Assembly: GCA_002269645.1 (NCBI GenBank)
Contig: NIVC01000377.1
Span: 18,623-82,622, forward strand
DNA length: 64,000 nt
Direction of reading: 5' to 3'
Source: Macrostomum lignano
Lineage: Eukaryota
Of the stretch, positions 33,601 through 45,420 are shown piece by piece. Below the pieces are notes generated by a model. The model was given only the letters and a program-made list of their open reading frames with translations, was not told the origin of the DNA and did no database searches. Position numbers and translations under genes: made by a program. Position 1 is the stretch's first letter. Each line of letters opens with the position of its first letter.

Positions 33601-36600
33601 CTGTTCTGTAAGCATGTAGGCTGTTCTGTAAGCATGTAGGCTGTTCTGTAAGCATGTAGGCTGTTCTGTAAGCATGTAGGCTGTTCTGTAAGCATGTAGG
33701 CTGTTCTGTAAGCATGTAGGCTGTTCTGTAAGCATGTAGGCTGTTCTGTAAGCATGTAGGCTGTTCTGTAAGCATGTAGGCTGTTCTGTAAGCATGTAGG
33801 CTGTTCTGTAAGCATGTAGGCTGTTCTGTAAGCATGTAGGCTGTTCTGTAAGCATGTAGGCTGTTCTGTAAGCATGTAGGCTGTTCTGTAAGCATGTAGG
33901 CTGTTCTGTAAGCATGTAGGCTGTTCTGTAAGCATGTAGGCTGTTCTGTAAGCATGTAGGCTGTTCTGTAAGCATGTAGGCTGTTCTGTAAGCATGTAGG
34001 CTGTTCTGTAAGCATGTAGGCTGTTCTGTAAGCATGTAGGCTGTTCTGTAAGCATGTAGGCTGTTCTGTAAGCATGTAGGCTGTTCTGTAAGCATGTAGG
34101 CTGTTCTGTAAGCATGTAGGCTGTTCTGTAAGCATGTAGGCTGTTCTGTAAGCATGTAGGCTGTTCTGTAAGCATGTAGGCTGTTCTGTAAGCATGTAGG
34201 CTGTTCTGTAAGCATGTAGGCTGTTCTGTAAGCATGTAGGCTGTTCTGTAAGCATGTAGGCTGTTCTGTAAGCATGTAGGCTGTTCTGTAAGCATGTAGG
34301 CTGTTCTGTAAGCATGTAGGCTGTTCTGTAAGCATGTAGGCTGTTCTGTAAGCATGTAGGCTGTTCTGTAAGCATGTAGGCTGTTCTGTAAGCATGTAGG
34401 CTGTTCTGTAAGCATGTAGGCTGTTCTGTAAGCATGTAGGCTGTTCTGTAAGCATGTAGGCTGTTCTGTAAGCATGTAGGCTGTTCTGTAAGCATGTAGG
34501 CTGTTCTGTAAGCATGTAGGCTGTTCTGTAAGCATGTAGGCTGTTCTGTAAGCATGTAGGCTGTTCTGTAAGCATGTAGGCTGTTCTGTAAGCATGTAGG
34601 CTGTTCTGTAAGCATGTAGGCTGTTCTGTAAGCATGTAGGCTGTTCTGTAAGCATGTAGGCTGTTCTGTAAGCATGTAGGCTGTTCTGTAAGCATGTAGG
34701 CTGTTCTGTAAGCATGTAGGCTGTTCTGTAAGCATGTAGGCTGTTCTGTAAGCATGTAGGCTGTTCTGTAAGCATGTAGGCTGTTCTGTAAGCATGTAGG
34801 CTGTTCTGTAAGCATGTAGGCTGTTCTGTAAGCATGTAGGCTGTTCTGTAAGCATGTAGGCTGTTCTGTAAGCATGTAGGCTGTTCTGTAAGCATGTAGG
34901 CTGTTCTGTAAGCATGTAGGCTGTTCTGTAAGCATGTAGGCTGTTCTGTAAGCATGTAGGCTGTTCTGTAAGCATGTAGGCTGTTCTGTAAGCATGTAGG
35001 CTGTTCTGTAAGCATGTAGGCTGTTCTGTAAGCATGTAGGCTGTTCTGTAAGCATGTAGGCTGTTCTGTAAGCATGTAGGCTGTTCTGTAAGCATGTAGG
35101 CTGTTCTGTAAGCATGTAGGCTGTTCTGTAAGCATGTAGGCTGTTCTGTAAGCATGTAGGCTGTTCTGTAAGCATGTAGGCTGTTCTGTAAGCATGTAGG
35201 CTGTTCTGTAAGCATGTAGGCTGTTCTGTAAGCATGTAGGCTGTTCTGTAAGCATGTAGGCTGTTCTGTAAGCATGTAGGCTGTTCTGTAAGCATGTAGG
35301 CTGTTCTGTAAGCATGTAGGCTGTTCTGTAAGCATGTAGGCTGTTCTGTAAGCATGTAGGCTGTTCTGTAAGCATGTAGGCTGTTCTGTAAGCATGTAGG
35401 CTGTTCTGTAAGCATGTAGGCTGTTCTGTAAGCATGTAGGCTGTTCTGTAAGCATGTAGGCTGTTCTGTAAGCATGTAGGCTGTTCTGTAAGCATGTAGG
35501 CTGTTCTGTAAGCATGTAGGCTGTTCTGTAAGCATGTAGGCTGTTCTGTAAGCATGTAGGCTGTTCTGTAAGCATGTAGGCTGTTCTGTAAGCATGTAGG
35601 CTGTTCTGTAAGCATGTAGGCTGTTCTGTAAGCATGTAGGCTGTTCTGTAAGCATGTAGGCTGTTCTGTAAGCATGTAGGCTGTTCTGTAAGCATGTAGG
35701 CTGTTCTGTAAGCATGTAGGCTGTTCTGTAAGCATGTAGGCTGTTCTGTAAGCATGTAGGCTGTTCTGTAAGCATGTAGGCTGTTCTGTAAGCATGTAGG
35801 CTGTTCTGTAAGCATGTAGGCTGTTCTGTAAGCATGTAGGCTGTTCTGTAAGCATGTAGGCTGTTCTGTAAGCATGTAGGCTGTTCTGTAAGCATGTAGG
35901 CTGTTCTGTAAGCATGTAGGCTGTTCTGTAAGCATGTAGGCTGTTCTGTAAGCATGTAGGCTGTTCTGTAAGCATGTAGGCTGTTCTGTAAGCATGTAGG
36001 CTGTTCTGTAAGCATGTAGGCTGTTCTGTAAGCATGTAGGCTGTTCTGTAAGCATGTAGGCTGTTCTGTAAGCATGTAGGCTGTTCTGTAAGCATGTAGG
36101 CTGTTCTGTAAGCATGTAGGCTGTTCTGTAAGCATGTAGGCTGTTCTGTAAGCATGTAGGCTGTTCTGTAAGCATGTAGGCTGTTCTGTAAGCATGTAGG
36201 CTGTTCTGTAAGCATGTAGGCTGTTCTGTAAGCATGTAGGCTGTTCTGTAAGCATGTAGGCTGTTCTGTAAGCATGTAGGCTGTTCTGTAAGCATGTAGG
36301 CTGTTCTGTAAGCATGTAGGCTGTTCTGTAAGCATGTAGGCTGTTCTGTAAGCATGTAGGCTGTTCTGTAAGCATGTAGGCTGTTCTGTAAGCATGTAGG
36401 CTGTTCTGTAAGCATGTAGGCTGTTCTGTAAGCATGTAGGCTGTTCTGTAAGCATGTAGGCTGTTCTGTAAGCATGTAGGCTGTTCTGTAAGCATGTAGG
36501 CTGTTCTGTAAGCATGTAGGCTGTTCTGTAAGCATGTAGGCTGTTCTGTAAGCATGTAGGCTGTTCTGTAAGCATGTAGGCTGTTCTGTAAGCATGTAGG

Positions 36601-39600
36601 CTGTTCTGTAAGCATGTAGGCTGTTCTGTAAGCATGTAGGCTGTTCTGTAAGCATGTAGGCTGTTCTGTAAGCATGTAGGCTGTTCTGTAAGCATGTAGG
36701 CTGTTCTGTAAGCATGTAGCTGTTAGGCTGTTCTGTAAGCATGTAGGCTGTTCTGTAAGCATGTAGGCTGTTCTGTAAGCATGTAGGCTGTTCTGTAAGC
36801 ATGTAGGCTGTTCTGTAAGCTTTTAGGCTGCTCTATAAGCTCTTAGGCTGTGCTTTTAGGCTGTTCAATAAACTTGCATACTGTTATTCAATACACTACT
36901 GCATTAGTTTTCTTTGTTAACCGCGCGTAAAAAGCTGTAGGCCCGAAGCCAGGAGTGAAAGCGAGAGGTTCCCACAATTAACAATTGACAAGTGCTGGAC
37001 AAGCTGCAGTCCAAGCAAAAAGCTGTTGCCGAAGTTAATTTAGCAAATCGACCCCCAAAAAGAAAATGAATTGCATAAAATTTCACAAAGAAAACTCTTG
37101 TACAGTGTCCGGAACTGTAATATCCTGAAGTTGCACTTCATCTCAGCTTTTTTTCTCTCAGCCTGACCATCGGAGGACGCGACAAGTGGGTACTCTGCAT
37201 TTGGAAGAAGCGTGTTGCGAGAACCAATGGTTATTAAGTTAATTGCTTGAGCGCTCAGCAAGGCGCGCTACAACCCCCCCATTGTGCGACGCCTTGCAAT
37301 TAACAGGCCGCTGCCGTGTTGTCGGCTGATTGACAGGGCGAAAATTGGCGAACTACCTACCACCTTTGCTCAGTGCCACCCCCGGGCCTCAACCTCAGTG
37401 CTTGACGCACCATTTCTATTGTAGGCGGAAACCAGCGCTTTCATTTTCTATCGTCAACCACTCAGATTTGACAGGTCGCGGTGGGTGGCAGGTTAAGTGC
37501 GGAGCTGGTTGAAGGCGAGGCTCGAGTGGACTGGAGGGTGACGGTCTGTTGTTAATAGCGCGAGCCGGTGCAGAGAGGTAGACAAATGTGACAGGCACTG
37601 ACAAGAACATTGAGGGCAGACATTGAGTCAGATCTATTTATGCTTTTCAGCGATGCTTGGGCTGAGTAACCAGTTACGAGTATAGTAAAAACGCTGTTTG
37701 AGCAATTGGAAAGGTAGTGGGGAATGTCAAGGAGGTAGTGTGGTGTCTTTTAAGATATTAGGGTGCCTGTAAAGGTATTTGGGTGTCTGAGAAGACAGCA
37801 GGGTGTCTGAAAAAGATAACGGGATGTTTGAGAAGACGGCAGGATATCTGAGAAGATGGCACAGTGTCTGGGAAGACAGCAGGGTGTTTGGGAAGACAGC
37901 AGGGTGTTTGAGAAGATAGCAGGGTGTTTGAGAATACATCAGGGTGTTTGAGAAGACAGCAGGGTGTCTGAGAATACATCAGGGTGTCTGAGAATACATC
38001 AGGGTGTCTGAGAATACATCAGGGTGTCTGAGAAGGCAGTGAGATGTCTGACATAACCCCCAAAGTCAGCGTGAACTCACATGAGCATGGAGGCGGCGTT
38101 CCTCAGACAGGCGGTCACTTCGTGCGAATTGTACCGCCGATTGATGGCGCTCACAGCCTCGTGACCGAATCTGCCGTGCTCGAGAGTCTGCGAGTGCGGT
38201 CAGGACAGAAAAAGTTAACTTTTTAAAGGCCGTTTATGACAGTGGCGCTGTGATAGTGTCTGACAGGCGGGACAGAGAAACAGATCGGTAGGGCATGCAG
38301 AGGGCATGGAAGCCATTGAGCTATCAGCTTGACACTCAGCTGCTGGCACTGAAGTGGGTCTCACTCTCTTCTCCTATGCTTGAGCACTGGCTGCCCAAGC
38401 CTGCTGCTACAGAGAGACACTGAGTTGAAGAGGTCGTGTAGGTGAGAGCGGGGGGGGCATCCACTTACAACACTTCCGAATGAGTTTGAGCAGACAGAAA
38501 TGAGACAAGCATGTCAGAAAAGAACTTGATTCCACGATCTTATAGCAGAAGAGTTATTTTATAAAGAAAGAAGAAACATGATTCCTTTACATATCCGGTT
38601 TCTGCGAGTGATTCCAAGTCTCCCCAGGAAGAGTCCAGTATCGAGTGACTTGATGAATAAACAAATTATTGTACAGCTTGGCTCCATTTGTTAGCTCCGA
38701 TTAAACCTGGCTTTTGTGCAGCTTGCCAAGCATCGTAAATACTATTGTGGCCAATCCTGTGCACACATTGGGCAGTCTGCCCCGACTGCTATGACTTACC
38801 TGCGCGGCCATACTTTAACTGGATGGTACGGGCTCATTTTGTGTGAGTGTTCAGGTCGTATCGGCTGACACCATTATCTCACTGTTCTATAAGATTTTGT
38901 TTAGCGCCACTTTTGACTGGTTTTACAGTACCGGCGCTTGCCCTGACAGTTAACTTGGCGCCTCCTGACTGGGTAAGAGTTTAGCGCCTCCCTGACACTC
39001 GGCATGGCGCCTCAGACTGGACAAGAGTTTAGCGCTCCCTGACACTCGGCATGGCGCCTCAGACTGGACAAGAGTTTAGCGCTCCCTGACACTCGGCATG
39101 GCGCCTCAGACTGGACAAGAGTTTAGCGCTCCCTGACACTCGGCATGGCGCCTCAGACTGGACAAGAGTTTAGCGCTCCCTGACACTCGGCATGGCGCCT
39201 CAGACTGGACAAGAGTTTAGCGCTCCCTGACACTCCATGGCGCCTGACTGGACAAGAGTTTAGCGCTCCCTGACACTCCATGGCGCCTCAGACTGGACAA
39301 GAGTTTAGCGCTCCCTGACACCCAGTGGACAAGAGTTTAGCGCTCCCTGACACCCAGTGGACAAGAGTTTAGCGCTCCCTGACACCCAGTGGACAAGAGT
39401 TTAGCGCTCCCTGACACCCAGTGGACAAGAGTTTAGCGCTCCCTGACACCCAGTGGACAAGAGTTTAGCGCTCCCTGACACCTAGTGGACAAGAGTTTAG
39501 CGCTCCCTGACACCCCCTCCCCTGACACTCGGCTTGGCGCCTCAGGTAGATAAGAGAGACGGGGAGGCAAGAGGGGCGAAGAGTTTTGTCGCCAGCCGCG

Positions 39601-42600
39601 TCGCCTTGCAGTCACTTTCCCTTTCTCCCTGTAGCCCCCAGCCAACACCTCACTCCACTCAACCTGCTACACCTTCCCACCTTGCAGCCTCAGTGGGCCC
39701 GCATACAACAGAGAATGTGTCGAGAAGAGAATAGGGGATCTTTGAATGTTTCATGAGGCGCGAAGGCCACCCACCCCTTCCTCCAGTCTCCCCAACCCCC
39801 GGCACGGGCGCGGCTGATTGTTATTGTTCTGAATTTGAAACCCGGAACTGTAAGTTTCTCTACTTCCCACCTTGAACGGGGCGCTTCCAAAGAAGCCGAA
39901 AGTGTCTATCAAACTCAGCAAACAGCTCCCACAATGCCTCCCCCGACGGCTGCTCAAGCCCTGAGTTTTTAACGACGACAATCTTGCAATTTCCCTTTAG
40001 TTTCAGAGAGCGTTAAAAAAATCCTTCACGAACCCCCCCCCCCGCCCCTGACGTGGCTGTGGCAGCTCCACGCCCAGGCCTCGGGCCGTTCAGTGGAGCA
40101 GGCATCTCAAACCTCAGCCGCTCCCTTCCCTCTGCCTGACCCTCTCCCCTCAGTCCAGCAGCTTCAATCGATTGCGCTTGGCAGATTCGCGTACACGCGA
40201 CTCAAAACTTGAACAAAAATTTGTTGAGTTCAGAGAGTACTTGAGCAACAGAATATCTTTTGGCATAGACATGCAGGCATCGATATAACATGTCCAACCA
40301 GAGTGGTTCGGTGGGGAGGACCGCGCAACAACTCGAAATGAGTTGATGGACTCAACTCACTGGAAGTGTTTAGAAATCAATGCTCAAGAGAAAGAAGAGA
40401 TAGGGAGAGAGAGAGTGACTGAGAGCATAATTGTGAAAGCTGGCCTCTGTCCATTAACAACTGCCATTCTATCATTTTGTTTAGATTAGTAGGTAAAAAA
40501 TTACATCGGAGCGTGGTAGGCTACCCGATAAGCGCAGGATCCACTAATGCCTAGGATACTATAAGCTACTCGATAAGCGCAGGATCCGCTAATGACTAGG
40601 ATACTATAAGCTACTCGATAAGCGCAGGATCCACCACTGTCTAGGATACTATACGACGTAAGCTTCCCGATAAGCGCAGGATCCACCACTGTCTAGGATA
40701 CTATACGACGTAAGCTTCCCGATAAGCGCAGGATCCACCACTGTCTAGGATACTATAAGCTACCCGATAAGCGCAGGATCCACTAATGCCTAGGATACTA
40801 TAAGCTACCCGATAAGCGCAGGATCCGCTAATGCCTAGGATACTATAAGCTACCCGATAAGCACAGGATCCACTAATGCCTAGGATACTATAAGCTACCC
40901 GATAAGCGCAGGATCCGCTAATGCCTAGGATACTATAAGCTACCCGATAAGCACAGGATCCACTAATGCCTAGGATACTATAAGCTACCCGATAAGCGCA
41001 GGATCCGCTAATGTCTAGGATACTATAAGCTTCCCGATAAGCGCAGGATCCACCACTGTCTAGGATACTATAAGCTTCCCGATAAGCGCAGGATTCGCTA
41101 ATGCCTAGGATACTATAAGCTTCCCGATAAGCGCAGGATCCGCTAATGTCTAGGATACTATAAGCTTCCCGATAAGCGCAGGATCCGCTAATGTCTAGGA
41201 TACCATAAGCTTCCCGATAAGCGCAGGATCCGCTAATTTCTAGGATACCATAAGCTTCCCGATAAGCGCAGGATCGGGGGTGACTAAGATTCAATGCAAT
41301 GAAAGCGCCTAACCGTCAGCGGGTTGACCAGCGAGCAGCTCCGTCCGTCAGAGCCGATCTCGATGTCGGCGGGCGGCAGACGCAGAAAATTCTCCACGTC
41401 CTCCGCCAGCGGGTAGCGCTGCAGACGCAGCCCGGCCAGGCCGCTGCACGGCGTGCTGCCGTAGTGCTGCACGAGCTCCTGCACGGAGTCGAATCGCTCC
41501 TGTGGCAGCAGGTAGCAACCGATTCCCGATGGGTCGGAGGTGATCCAGCAGTGTTTGACGGTTTGCTGCCAGCTGTGCGAGTTTAGGAACGGGTTGTACT
41601 GGTCCTATATAAGGCCCTTGACATAGCAGCATGCAAGATTGTCGATATACCGGTATAAATATATATTACAAGTTAAATATATATTTGAAGGATCGCTGTG
41701 GGCACCATGGCGCAACGCCTTTGTCCATTATATATATATATGGCGACGCAGAGAGTAGTACAGACAAAAAGAGATCTAGCTAGACTTTGCGCGGACGCGT
41801 TCGCAGAACAACCAAGAGGGGCAAGTCATGGCGGACTGGGGCTGAGCCCGATGGCCTGCAAGTCAGTCAGAAACGTATTATTTAGCGTCACAGTTCGGCC
41901 TTGGCCACGGCGCAGGCGCTCAGTGGGCTGATGCAGGAGAGCCAGCGCCAGAGGATTTTGCTCGCCGCGGCCGTGGCTTCTTAGACAGTGGGCCAAGTAA
42001 CATCTGACGGCGTTTACGGATAGTGCAGCTGAGCGCGGGAACACCAGCGCGAGTCATCAGGTCCCTGGTCGGCACAGTATCAGGGTAGTGCACGCCCAGG
42101 GCATAGCGGAGCAGCGACCTGTAGTGGGCATCCAGGGCTTGCTGTCGCGTTGCAGTCATTGGCACAGCCTCCATGCCATATAGGAGAATCGGCTCAACGG
42201 CAGTGCGGAAAAGGCGCATCTTTAGGTCGTCGCTAGCGGTTGAATTGAAGACGCTCCTGAGAATGCGTGCCGCACGCCAGGCCTGAGTCCTCCTGTCAGA
42301 GACAATGGTGTCGGGGCTCAAGACAAGGGAGCCGAGGTAGCGGAAGTCCTCGCACACCTTGACGACTTCTCCATTTGGAAGAGCTAGCGCAGGGGTAGTT
42401 GCAGTGCCCACGTGGACACCTCAGTCTTGGATGCGTTGATCACCAAGCCAACTCGGGTTGATCGCGAAGCGTTGATCACCAAAGCCACTGACTCCTGAGC
42501 GCATGCAAGCTAGCCAATATTGTACGGCCCTGACTGACTTTATCGTCAGGCATGTACACTCTGTGCCTTGGGGGTTGGCCCTCATTTGTGTGAATTGCAC

Positions 42601-43594
42601 CACAACCCCACGGCACCCACAGCACCGAGCACGAGATCAAACTAGGGGGTCGTGGCGCGTGAGTCAGACCTTCTAGACCTTCAACAGGATGAATAATTCG
42701 AATTACCTGAAAATCAGTGCTTAAAATGTAATCGATATTTGTCGTAAAATAATTATCATTAACTGATTCGCGGGATAAATATCAAATCTGCGCTACTCCT
42801 GTAAAAGTTAATTGGACAAGGATAAATATCGATCGGCTGTTTTAGTCGATACTTAATTAGTGGCGCTAGCACAGTAATGGAATGGGGGGAGGTAACCGGT
42901 TTGCAATATCCGTCCTAGCAACCAAGGCCGAGGGTATCGGATATGCCTTGCCCTGAACCACAGTTGGTGGCAAGCCCCGCAGCTCGATCTTGTTAAGATA
43001 AGCGTGGGGGTAAGTCGCACTAAGCCAGCTGACTGACTGGCTCTGGACCTGCTGCAAATCCAATCAATTCTTATCAACCCGACCAAAAAGTGCAGCAAAA
43101 CTCACACATAGGACAAAGCCAGGCGCTTCTTGAAGCAGCGCACGAGAAATGCGCCCTCATTGTTTGGCATCTTCTTCAGCAGCTCCGTCGCCAGCAGCGG
43201 AGACATTTCCTGGAAGAACCAGCTCTCATCCCGGACGTCCATGAGTTCGTGTCTTCTTCTTTCTGCGAGTATTTTTTTGATGTTGGCCGATCGCTTCAGT
43301 CCGGAGCTGGCTCTGTCAGAGAAATGGAAAATGAAAGCGAAAGGAATTATTGCATGCTAGCAAGGGAAGAATAATGACTTGGTCAATACTGGCGTGGCCG
43401 CTGGAGTCTTGCAACCGCGTGCAGGAAGTGAAAATGCGGGTTGGAGCCCCAAGCTGAAGGCAGAGCAGAGAGTTCAATGAAATTCTGTTAGAAATTTGAT
43501 CTCTCTTCCCCTCTTCTCACAGACTGACACTTCCTCCGTTGCGGGTTTCCGTCTGCAGCCGGCCCTGCGCCTCAAGCAGCCTTGACTTATTAGT
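27648..43594 (-). CDS. SH2-domain tyrosine-kinase-fold protein (predicted pseudokinase) with C-terminal coiled coil; >=719 aa; start exon not located
   Basis: Exons 43594-43521 (least certain), 43312-43106, 41572-41314, 38187-38081, 31147-30913, 29650-29294, 28669-28582, 28480-27648 total 2160 nt in one frame with canonical splice sites. SH2: SWFFQEM..GAFLVRC..LSYV|WQQTVKHCWI..FDSVQELVQHY. Kinase fold: LDHANLIKLLG, LITEHINCGSLRQFL, QVANASAYLH, SDVWALGLLVWSLFSHGRQP. Confidence 0.88.
28760..29137. repeat. 11-bp minisatellite (catgactctag)n
   Basis: Direct reading. Confidence 0.92.
29945..30745. repeat. 15-bp minisatellite (agattagagggtcat)n with higher-order duplication
   Basis: Period 15; the blocks starting at 30301, 30361 and 30421 are repeated at 30541, 30601 and 30661. 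Confidence 0.92.
31262..36835. repeat. Homogeneous 20-bp satellite (gctgttctgtaagcatgtag)n, ~278 copies, intronic
   Basis: Direct reading; few variants (~31871, ~32490, ~32516, ~36720); decays into flanking sequence at 36820-36870. Confidence 0.97.
37755..38040. repeat. ~20-bp degenerate minisatellite (cagggtgtctgagaagacag)
   Basis: Direct reading. Confidence 0.85.
38965..39530. repeat. Minisatellite switching from a 47-bp to a 32-bp unit
   Basis: gacaagagtttagcgctccctgacactcggcatggcgcctcagactg (47) then gacaagagtttagcgctccctgacacccagtg (32). Confidence 0.9.
40515..41277. repeat. 44-47-bp minisatellite (cgataagcgcaggatcc..taggatactataagct)
   Basis: ~17 units, most containing GGATCC; source of the spurious SCAYR ORF. 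Confidence 0.92.
41700..42515 (-). mobile_element. 5'-truncated, frameshifted non-LTR retrotransposon (RTE-like) fragment in an intron of the pseudokinase gene
   Basis: C-terminal RT motifs GLVINASKTE, FRYLGS, KMRLFRTAVEPILLYGME, then (after a frameshift near 42000) GHCLR; frameshifts are also present near 42415. Boundaries approximate. Confidence 0.8.
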
Positions 43595-44394
43595 CTGCAG
43601 CAAATTGGGAGCAGAAACTCGTCCACGCCTCCCAGGTGGTGGCTTTTGGCATGGACGCCTGGAGCCAGAGAGATCTGGACTAGAAAACCTTCCTCAAGTA
43701 CGCATTGTTCTACAGTTCTCTAAACTATTGAAAACTGATTGGGCTTCACAATTGTCAACTTCTGCTCATTATGGAGATACCTGATATTAGGCCCTTAAAA
43801 ACCGGTTGGGTAAAGCCTTTCGCTCCAGTCCTCCATCTCCAGCATCCCCTGGCTTTAGGCTGCTGGCTGGCTCTACTTCTGGCGGGCATCTGTGTGAAGG
43901 CGTTAACCATGCACCCTCTAGCACATTTTTCCCGACAGAACAGTCACTGATGGTTCGAGGAGGGGGGGGGGTTAATGACCGGGAGTTATTCGCACCCAGC
44001 TTCCGGGAATTTAAACTGCTGCTGCGCATTTTTATTCAAAAAAGCCGCGCGAAACTGCGAAATTTTTTCATCCTCAACCAGCTGCTGCCCAAATGGAGGT
44101 TGTTTACAAGCCTACACGGGATTAGCGCCGGATTAGTGGCTGCGAAGCTCTAATTAAGTCATAAATATCGGCATGAACAGGAAAACTCGCATAAACAACC
44201 GCTTTTTATGACTTTTCAATCTCTGGTCTTCTCTGACTGATCAACCGCATTGACAGGGCGGGTTAAAGGACTTGCGCTGACTTCTTTTGAAAGCAGAAAT
44301 CTCTATTTTGATCACGGTTCGTTGGGGCATAATTAGGCACCTGTTTTAAATTTGGGGACTAGATTTTCAGTAACTCTGAATTTCTAATAAGCCA

Positions 44395-44785
44395 GAGGCG
44401 GATTTAGAAATATAAAATGAGGGGGCGGGTTTTAACCATATGAGCTCGTAACAATGGGGGCGCCATAATACACTAGAGGGGCGCCATAATATACACTAGA
44501 GGGGCGCCATAATATACACTAGAGGGGCGCCATAATATACACTAGAGGGGCGCCATAATATACACTAGAGGGGCGCCATAATATACACTAGAGGGGCGCC
44601 ATAATATACACTAGAGGGGCGCCATAATCTAGACTAGAGGGGCGCCATAGTATACACTGGAAGGGGCGCCATGATCTACACTAGAGGGGCGCCATAGTAT
44701 ACACTGGAAGGGGCGCCATAATCTAGACTAGAGGGGCGCCATAATCTAGACTAGAGGGGCGCCATACTGAGCAATTTGAAACCTC
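44395..44785 (+). mobile_element. Interspersed element carrying a 23-bp minisatellite (ataatatacactagaggggcgcc), copy 1
   Basis: The unique flank ggcggatttagaaatat..ttttaaccata and the array both recur inverted at 53860-54110. Confidence 0.65.
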
Positions 44786-45139
44786 TGTGCAGCAGGTAAA
44801 TATCTAGATAGCGTACGGAGATTGGCGATAAAAGGAATGATGATGAAGATTCAGGGATATCGAAGGGCTATAAGCTGATTGGCACATCCAGAACCCCAGC
44901 CGCATGGAGTGCCAGTCACAGCGGCACTGACCGCTTCAGGTGTGCAGATGCTGCTTTTCTAGCTAAGTGGTTGCGTTGGATTACAATTACAAGTTTCCTT
45001 AGAAGTAATATTTCGATTACGTCATCATTAAGAGAAATAAGTGTTTTTAATAGCATGTAATCCGCTCAGCTGAGTCATCAGTTCGGCCGCTGATCAAGGC
45101 GACTTTGTAGAGGCAAGCAGCCGTGCCCGCCCTGACTTT

Positions 45140-45420
45140 CATCGTTAGAGCGTCGGACCTACGACTTAAAGGTCGGGGGTTCGATTCCCGATTCTAATGG
45201 ATCAATTTGTGTCCTTGAGCAAGACACTTAACTCTGCATTGCTTCAGTTCACACAGCTGTAAAATGGGCGCCAGCATTAGCTGGGGTAATTGAGGGTGTG
45301 TGGCGACCCCCCCCCGTCCTTGGACTGAACAGCCGTACGCAGTCTTCAGATGCTGCGGTTGAGCTGTCGGTTGCACATCTGGCCCAATCGGGGCAGTTGT
45401 AATCAATTATTATCATTACT
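45140..45420 (+). mobile_element. CORE-SINE copy 2
   Basis: gttagagcgtcggac..ggttcgattccc head, gtgtccttgagcaagacacttaac..gctgtaaaatggg core, (ATT)-like tail. Confidence 0.8.

Noticed and set aside
31160-36802. ORFs of 451-1849 aa (MLTEQPTCLQNSLHAYRTAY repeats)
   Set aside because: Translation of a stop-free 20-bp satellite; the same peptide appears in all three frames, and the array lies in an intron.
31262-41277. Regular repeats as a possible CRISPR array
   Set aside because: Units are head-to-tail with no unique spacers, there are no cas genes, and the context is eukaryotic.
40501-41294. SCAYREAYSILDISG repeat ORF
   Set aside because: A 44-bp minisatellite in an intron.
41573-41604. Upstream acceptor (tatag|gac) for the second SH2 exon
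   Set aside because: Phase mismatch with the GTGAGT donor; the acceptor at 41572 restores the frame and the SH2 spacing.
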